Assembly (NCBI GenBank): GCA_000175855.1
Contig: ACYB01000035.1
Coordinates: forward strand, 60,001 to 92,000
DNA from: Raphidiopsis brookii D9
Lineage (GTDB): Bacteria > Cyanobacteriota > Cyanobacteriia > Cyanobacteriales > Nostocaceae
DNA length: 32,000 nucleotides
Direction: 5' to 3'
Below, in pieces: positions 27,432-32,000 of this stretch. Position 1 is the stretch's first letter, and each line of letters begins with the position of its first letter. Position numbers and translations under genes: made by a program. Below the pieces are notes generated by a model that was given only the letters and a program-made list of their open reading frames with translations, had not been told where the DNA came from and did no database searches.

Positions 27432-29678
27432 TTAGGATTCCACTATGGTCATATTGCGGATGCGCCAAGACTTTTGCTGGCGGGTTAAATCATATCTCAC
27501 TCTCAATGCTTCTCGACCAGATGTCTGGAGATTTTCCCCACGGTAAAAATGAGTGATTTCTTTAACTGTAGCTTCCACCACCGCATTGTTCGAGGTATTT
27601 CCTTCCTGACGAACAAGTTCTATTTTCACTTCATGTTCATACTTACGATAGCGCTTTATAGCCATATCCTGTTTAACTATAGATTGCCATTGGGATAGGG
27701 CTGGATTTATTAAAATTTTGTCTAATCGTTTGATCTCATGATTGGGACCCATTGCTGCTGCTTTCGTCGATAACCAGGTTTCAATTAGTCTTTGAGCGAT
27801 CGCCTTTGTGAGTTGACCAGATGGTGGTGGTGGTCGACGAGAGAGTGTAGATATAACAACTGGTGGTTGATTCAACTGTATGGCAAGTTTTCCTACCTGT
27901 AAATTTGGCTGGTCTACCATTTTACTGTTTAACCTCCCCCAAATCGTAGGTATTAAAAACCACATCCCTAATATACCTCCTAGTAGAAAAAATGTATTTA
28001 GTCGAAACAGTGCAGGAAATGTACGAGTAAAATTTTGTCTATACTTACTAGTATGTGACTGATTATATAAATGTCTTTCTTCTATCTGTTCTTCTTGAAT
28101 ACTAGTTGAACCTCGTCTACGATGTTTATACTTACTGGATTGCTTTGTTCCCCCCTCTGTGAGGAAACTATGAGAGTCATGACTATATTGTGAGATATTC
28201 CGATGAGGAGTGGAAATCTGAGAAGCCAGCTCTACATTGGTTTCCCTCCATTCTTCTAGGTTTTGGGAGGGACTTACAACAGGTAGGTGTTCATCTTCTC
28301 TCAAGCTATTATGGGGACTGCCAATCCCCCATGATGAACCAACCTGATTGTTGACTGTCCTTAGTTCCTCGGTTATGTATAGATCTGCTGGTAATTGCTC
28401 CAAGTATGCTTGCACCTGTTTATCAGCAAAATAATCTTTCAGGGAAGCCTGCTGTTTAGTTAAGTCTCGAAAATGGGGAAATACCTCTTGCTCTAACCAC
28501 TGCTCACAGTATAAACACAGTCCCGGTAACAAATCTGGTGAATCTTGAGACTGCTGTCTAATTATGGTCAATGGTTCATATTCCTGACTCAACTCTAACA
28601 CACTGGTTGCTTCTTCCGTTTGTCCTAGTAACAAAGCACACAGAGCTTGCTCTAAATGCACATCTTGACGCTTTGCCAATCGCAATAAAACATGTTTTGA
28701 CTGACGAATTAATGCCGGTTGTCTCTGGACAAATCCTCTAGCAATTAGTGTGTAAATAAGCAAGTAGGTTGCCACAGTCGAAGGTCTTTTACTTTCAGAT
28801 TCAAAAAGTTTATGTTGTTCCGATAAGGTTAAGTGGTGTCGTAGCTGTTGAATAAACCGGAGAAAATCGTCCACATTCAAACCCGTTTGATCATTTCCCA
28901 TACCATCAATGCCACCTCGTTGGTCGAGAATATTTTGTAGTAATTCCCAACCCTGATGACGCTCCTTGATGCGCTCGATTGGTAGAGCTAATAAATCCAA
29001 AATTCTATAAGGTCTCAGCTTACACAGATCTGCTGTAATTTCTGCCTGCACACTAGTAAACATTCTCTCCCGCAGTAACAGTTCCTCTCCTGTTTCTAAG
29101 GAGATGGCAGCATTCTCATAATTACCCTGTTGCCATTGTTCCCGTCCCAATTCCAAACAAGACAAGGAAACTGTTAGGATAATGTCTGACAACTCATCAG
29201 TACTCGTTAAGGTACGCCTTTGAGAGTGATGATCAGACTTAATAGCAACTCTATTAGTCAAGTATGGTTGACCTAACCTTAGCACCAGCTCATACTCACC
29301 CAACTCTTGAAGTAATACCAACGCACCAACTAAGTTCTCTTTGGTGACATCTATAGTTAGTTGAGGATTATGATTTTGGTGAGCCATTTCGCCACTGCTT
29401 GCCAATTCCGCTCCCAGATCCATTTTCGCTTGATCGTATGCGTATGCTAGATATACCTGATCGTATTTAGCACGCTCTTTTGAATCTGCGAGAACCATAT
29501 AAGCTTGTTCCAGGATTCGCTTGCGAGCAGCTATTGCCAAGGTAGAATATTCCCGTTGTGGCAGCTGTAGAATGCGATCATTATAGGCCTGACACAGTTG
29601 CTCCTCGGTTGCAGCCAATGGGAGTCCTAAAATTCGGTAATAATCGAGTGCGATTTGCACAGCTTGCTTCCCCTGCAC
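27432..29678 (-). CDS. zipN: Cell-division protein ZipN/Ftn2 (ARC6 homologue) with an N-terminal DnaJ-like domain
   Basis: 748-aa ORF. The J-like N-terminus is LDYYRILGLPLAATEEQLCQAYNDRILQLPQREYS. It has one TM segment (FFLLGGILGMWFLIPTIW) and a conserved C-terminal domain (LIETWLSTKAAAMGP...). The true start could be the GTG at 29660. Confidence 0.9.
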   Translation of the reverse strand: MQGKQAVQIALDYYRILGLPLAATEEQLCQAYNDRILQLPQREYSTLAIAARKRILEQAYMVLADSKERAKYDQVYLAYAYDQAKMDLGAELASSGEMAHQNHNPQLTIDVTKENLVGALVLLQELGEYELVLRLGQPYLTNRVAIKSDHHSQRRTLTSTDELSDIILTVSLSCLELGREQWQQGNYENAAISLETGEELLLRERMFTSVQAEITADLCKLRPYRILDLLALPIERIKERHQGWELLQNILDQRGGIDGMGNDQTGLNVDDFLRFIQQLRHHLTLSEQHKLFESESKRPSTVATYLLIYTLIARGFVQRQPALIRQSKHVLLRLAKRQDVHLEQALCALLLGQTEEATSVLELSQEYEPLTIIRQQSQDSPDLLPGLCLYCEQWLEQEVFPHFRDLTKQQASLKDYFADKQVQAYLEQLPADLYITEELRTVNNQVGSSWGIGSPHNSLREDEHLPVVSPSQNLEEWRETNVELASQISTPHRNISQYSHDSHSFLTEGGTKQSSKYKHRRRGSTSIQEEQIEERHLYNQSHTSKYRQNFTRTFPALFRLNTFFLLGGILGMWFLIPTIWGRLNSKMVDQPNLQVGKLAIQLNQPPVVISTLSRRPPPPSGQLTKAIAQRLIETWLSTKAAAMGPNHEIKRLDKILINPALSQWQSIVKQDMAIKRYRKYEHEVKIELVRQEGNTSNNAVVEATVKEITHFYRGENLQTSGREALRVRYDLTRQQKSWRIRNMTIVES

Positions 29679-29881
29679 CGTGTTTAATCCCCATCCTAGA
29701 GATATTTAACCTGGACCATTTCCACACAATATTGTACCAAAAAGCCGTCTCTAACGGAAATAACTACTTAATTTTAACCACCCAGGGACTAAACTTTATT
29801 CCTGGGGAAAAGAAAATGCTCGCAACATTTCTTTACCTAATATATCTTGACCCTCAGTTTCAGATATTATATTATTTTTCT

Positions 29882-29922
29882 GTAACGTAAGTTACGGAAT
29901 ATTGGTTTTGAGCGATTAAAAT
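29882..29922 (+). promoter_or_regulatory. NtcA-type promoter: a perfect GTA-N8-TAC box plus a -10-like TAAAAT
   Basis: GTAACGTAAGTTAC lies at 29882-29895. It is followed after 21 nt by TAAAAT (29917-29922), the class II NtcA-activated geometry. The ORF below starts 35 nt further downstream. Confidence 0.55.
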
Positions 29923-29956
29923 CTACTATCTGAATTGAAGACAAGAGGTCACATAA

Positions 29957-30112
29957 ATGATTAGTTCTAGATCACAAGCAGCTAAAAAGGCTGAACAAGT
30001 ACACAGACAAAACATACTCAAAAATCTTGAGCACCGACTGGAAGCAGCAAGAATAAAAGGTGATGAGAGTCTAATTCGGCAATTAGAAGCCGAGCAAGCC
30101 TCTTATCATTAG
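29957..30112 (+). CDS. Unannotated 51-aa basic helical protein; candidate nitrogen-regulated small protein (possibly PirA/Ssr0692-like, unverified)
   Basis: It is below the ORF-track size cutoff. It starts at ATG, with AAGAGG 8 nt upstream. The translation is MISSRSQAAKKAEQVHRQNILKNLEHRLEAARIKGDESLIRQLEAEQASYH*. It sits in a 520-bp gap with no competing ORF and is flanked by an NtcA-type promoter and a downstream terminator-like hairpin. Confidence 0.55.
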   Translation: MISSRSQAAKKAEQVHRQNILKNLEHRLEAARIKGDESLIRQLEAEQASYH

Positions 30113-30179
30113 ACTAAAACCGTTCTAGTCTTTTTAGAACCAGTAAAATCGCCGTTGGTACTTCCTGTCCCATTTCAGG

Positions 30180-30202
30180 TGCTGTCCTTCGGCAATTTTT
30201 TT
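30180..30202 (+). terminator. Rho-independent terminator candidate for the 51-aa ORF
   Basis: TGCTG-TCCTT-CGGCA forms a 5-bp stem, followed by A and then T7 (30196-30202). The T-run overlaps the gatC stop codon on the other strand. Confidence 0.4.
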
Positions 30203-30491
30203 AGTCCGTATTGAGGATTTTGGGGACTTTGAAAAAGTCACCTTCTTGTTGGGGGGCACTCCTAAGTATGGACTCCCTGTCCGGGTAGGGTTGTAGTTTA
30301 TCTTCCCTAGTCACATTACTCAAGTCAATGGCCCTAGTGGTAGGAGGGACATTGCTAACATCAAGTTCCCCCAGTTGTTCTACATACTCCAAAATGCTTC
30401 CTAACTGGAGGGTAAATTGCTCCTCCTCCTGTGCTGTTAATTCTAGCCGAGCTAGGTTGGCTACTTTGCGGACCTGTTCGCGATCAATCAT
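30201..30491 (-). CDS. gatC: Asp/Glu-tRNA(Asn/Gln) amidotransferase subunit C
   Basis: 96-aa ORF with [26 protein letters not shown]...ILEYVEQL, typical of GatC. Confidence 0.95.
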   Translation of the reverse strand: MIDREQVRKVANLARLELTAQEEEQFTLQLGSILEYVEQLGELDVSNVPPTTRAIDLSNVTREDKLQPYPDRESILRSAPQQEGDFFKVPKILNTD

Positions 30492-30534
30492 ATTTTAGCA
30501 ATAAATAATTGGTTATTTAAAATTTGGTTATCGG

Positions 30535-31056
30535 TTAAAAGAATACATCAATTTGCGATCTCCCGGTAGTTTTCAACCAGTTTTGGGCTTCAATGTAGTT
30601 ATTAGGAGCCAGACGAATTGCCCGGATCCAATAGTCTGCGGCCTGGTCAAATAGTGCTTCTCCCTCATCGTTGTCACCCTCTTCCTTTGCTTTTTCGCCC
30701 TTGTAGTGATAAATCACAGCGATGTTATTTAGGGCTTGAGGTAACCGAGGATTCAAATCAATGGCTTTATGATAGAAATCCAGGGCTCGATCATGGTCTC
30801 CATTACTGGCATATATCAGTCCCATGTTGTACACGATAAAACTTTTATCATTGGTATCTTCTTCTAAAGATAGAGCCTCTTCGTAATATTCTAGGGCTTC
30901 GGCATATTCCCCTTCAGCCTGTGCTGACATGCCATCTCGATAGTAGACAAAAGCCTCTTTAGCCTTTTTATTAGTTGGCAGAAGTTTCAGGATTAAATCT
31001 GCCATAACGGTAAAAGACTTGTCAACAAAATTATCGTTTTTCTGTGTTCTTGGCAT
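30535..31056 (-). CDS. ycf3: Photosystem I assembly protein Ycf3 (TPR protein)
   Basis: 173-aa ORF with [27 protein letters not shown]...[25 protein letters not shown], followed by three TPR units. Confidence 0.96.
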   Translation of the reverse strand: MPRTQKNDNFVDKSFTVMADLILKLLPTNKKAKEAFVYYRDGMSAQAEGEYAEALEYYEEALSLEEDTNDKSFIVYNMGLIYASNGDHDRALDFYHKAIDLNPRLPQALNNIAVIYHYKGEKAKEEGDNDEGEALFDQAADYWIRAIRLAPNNYIEAQNWLKTTGRSQIDVFF

Positions 31057-31086
31057 ATTTACCCCTAAAGTAACATCATTGCAAAT

Positions 31087-32000
31087 TTAGCTGTTCTTAG
31101 CTGTTCTTAAATGTAAGGCATCACGAGCTTGTTCTCTATCATCAAAATGGATTTTTTCCGTGCCGAGAATTTGATAATCTTCGTGACCTTTACCTGCTAA
31201 TAATACACCATCACCTGGTTGAGCTTCCAGTATAGCAGTATGAATAGCTCTAGCGCGATCGCCAATTACCAGTCTTGACACATCCTCGGGCATACCGGTC
31301 AAGATATCTTCTAATATTGCATCTGGGTTTTCAGTGCGTGGATTGTCAGAGGTTACCACGACCACATCTGCTAAATCCGCTGCAATTCTACCCATTTTTG
31401 GACGTTTTGTTTTATCCCTATCCCCTCCACAGCCAAAGACACAAATAATTCTTCCTGGTATAAATGGACGAGCAGCTTTAAGTAAATTTTCCAGACTATC
31501 AGGGGTATGAGCATAATCCACAATAACGCTAATATCCTGATGAGGATCGATTTGAATTCGTTCCATTCTGCCAGGCACACCTGGAAAATTAGGTATATAA
31601 TCTACCACAGTTTCCAAATCCAACCCTAAGTGTAGGACCGCAGCTACAGCTGCCAAAAGATTTTCTAAGTTATACTGTCCCACCAGGGGAGAGCTAAAAG
31701 GGGAATTACCCTCAGGAGTATGTAAAATACCACTGACACCATGAGGTTGATAATTTAGATCACTCACCCAGAAATCGGCACTAGTATTATTAATGCTGTA
31801 TGTCCAAAGCTGCTGTTTATCCAAACCAATAGTTAAACGTTGTCCATATTGATCATCAATATTAATAACTGCTCTTCCTTGGAGATAGTCAGGAGTAAAT
31901 AACAAAGCCTTAGCTCGAAAATAATCTTCCATATCTTGGTGATAATCAAGATGATCTTGAGTAAGATTAGTAAACACAGAAACCTCAAAGGGACAGCCAA
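31087..32000 (-). CDS. murE: UDP-N-acetylmuramoyl-L-alanyl-D-glutamate--2,6-diaminopimelate ligase, C-terminal part (5' end beyond the window)
   Basis: The frame stays open to base 32000 (..GCPFEVSVFTNLTQDHLDYH). Mur ligase central and C-terminal motifs are present (DYAHTPDSLENLL, GCGGDRDKTKRP, SDNPRTE, AGKGHE). Confidence 0.93.
   Translation of the reverse strand, partial: GCPFEVSVFTNLTQDHLDYHQDMEDYFRAKALLFTPDYLQGRAVINIDDQYGQRLTIGLDKQQLWTYSINNTSADFWVSDLNYQPHGVSGILHTPEGNSPFSSPLVGQYNLENLLAAVAAVLHLGLDLETVVDYIPNFPGVPGRMERIQIDPHQDISVIVDYAHTPDSLENLLKAARPFIPGRIICVFGCGGDRDKTKRPKMGRIAADLADVVVVTSDNPRTENPDAILEDILTGMPEDVSRLVIGDRARAIHTAILEAQPGDGVLLAGKGHEDYQILGTEKIHFDDREQARDALHLRTAKNS

Noticed and set aside
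1880-28062. Numerous 60-119-aa ORFs antisense to or nested within large genes. Examples: 1880-2062, 2600-2815, 5460-5765, 6158-6424, 7121-7480, 7782-8069, 8997-9194, 10000-10206, 11596-11799, 13834-14085, 14089-14292, 14414-14629, 14880-15218, 15291-15515, 15699-15887, 15863-16048, 16676-16876, 18264-18536, 18682-18966, 19469-19675, 20140-20334, 20591-20845, 20990-21316, 23248-23448, 27880-28062, 30618-30839, 31371-31580
   Set aside because: These are shadow ORFs inside strongly supported genes, and none shows a recognisable motif or RBS.
29558-29890. 110-aa plus-strand ORF across the zipN 5' end and promoter region
   Set aside because: It overlaps the zipN coding start in antisense and then runs through AT-rich intergenic DNA up to the NtcA box. 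It has no RBS and no coding-like composition, so it is probably a chance ORF.
30111-30135. Hairpin AGACTA-aaaccgttc-TAGTCT followed by TTTT, immediately at the stop of the 51-aa ORF
   Set aside because: The stem is a 6-bp A/U-rich stem with a 9-nt loop and overlaps the stop codon, so it is probably too weak to terminate. The hairpin plus T7 at 30180-30202 is a better candidate.
4513-30491. tRNA-Gln, non-discriminating-type gltX, tRNA-Asp and gatC in one window, seen as a possible indirect aminoacylation cluster
   Set aside because: The genes are spread over 26 kb on different strands and separated by unrelated housekeeping genes. There is no operon structure, so the co-occurrence is most likely coincidental.
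1-32000. Search for CRISPR arrays, transposases or IS inverted repeats, integrases, toxin-antitoxin pairs, restriction-modification or other defence gene signatures
   Set aside because: No spaced direct-repeat arrays are present. No ORF carries DDE, tyrosine or serine recombinase, nuclease or NTPase defence motifs. tRNA flanks show no integrated element. The window looks like conserved core genome.

Overview
This window reads as core chromosome from an AT-rich cyanobacterium, probably filamentous Nostocales-like. That assignment is an inference from four things: 13 perfect HIP1 palindromes (GCGATCGC), ycf3, zipN/ftn2/ARC6, and a naturally split DnaE intein closely resembling the Nostoc-type IntN. 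The window is densely packed with housekeeping genes. These include ileS, plsY, prlC, acyP, dnaE-N, an HtrA protease, photolyase, gltX, an SDR-HPPD-HAD operon, argS, zipN, gatC, ycf3 and murE (truncated at the window edge). There are also two tRNAs (Gln-UUG and Asp-GUC) and several conserved hypothetical proteins. I see no transposase, integrase, CRISPR array, restriction or defence island, or prophage signature, and I cannot support a claim of a large novel multi-gene system here. The best leads are small-scale. (1) A compensated +1/-1 homopolymer frameshift pair inside dnaE replaces the universally conserved LGLRNLT motif, which is still readable in the alternate frame. (2) A perfect NtcA box (GTA-N8-TAC) sits at canonical spacing from a -10 element upstream of a 51-codon ORF absent from the ORF track, possibly PirA-like. 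(3) A small membrane-protein gene is broken by two single-T insertions in T-runs. (4) A 105-bp tandem duplication carries a start codon inside a small gene. (5) An orphan His-rich CsoR/InrS-type metal sensor has no adjacent efflux gene. All family names come from motif recognition by eye and from memory. No database search was run.
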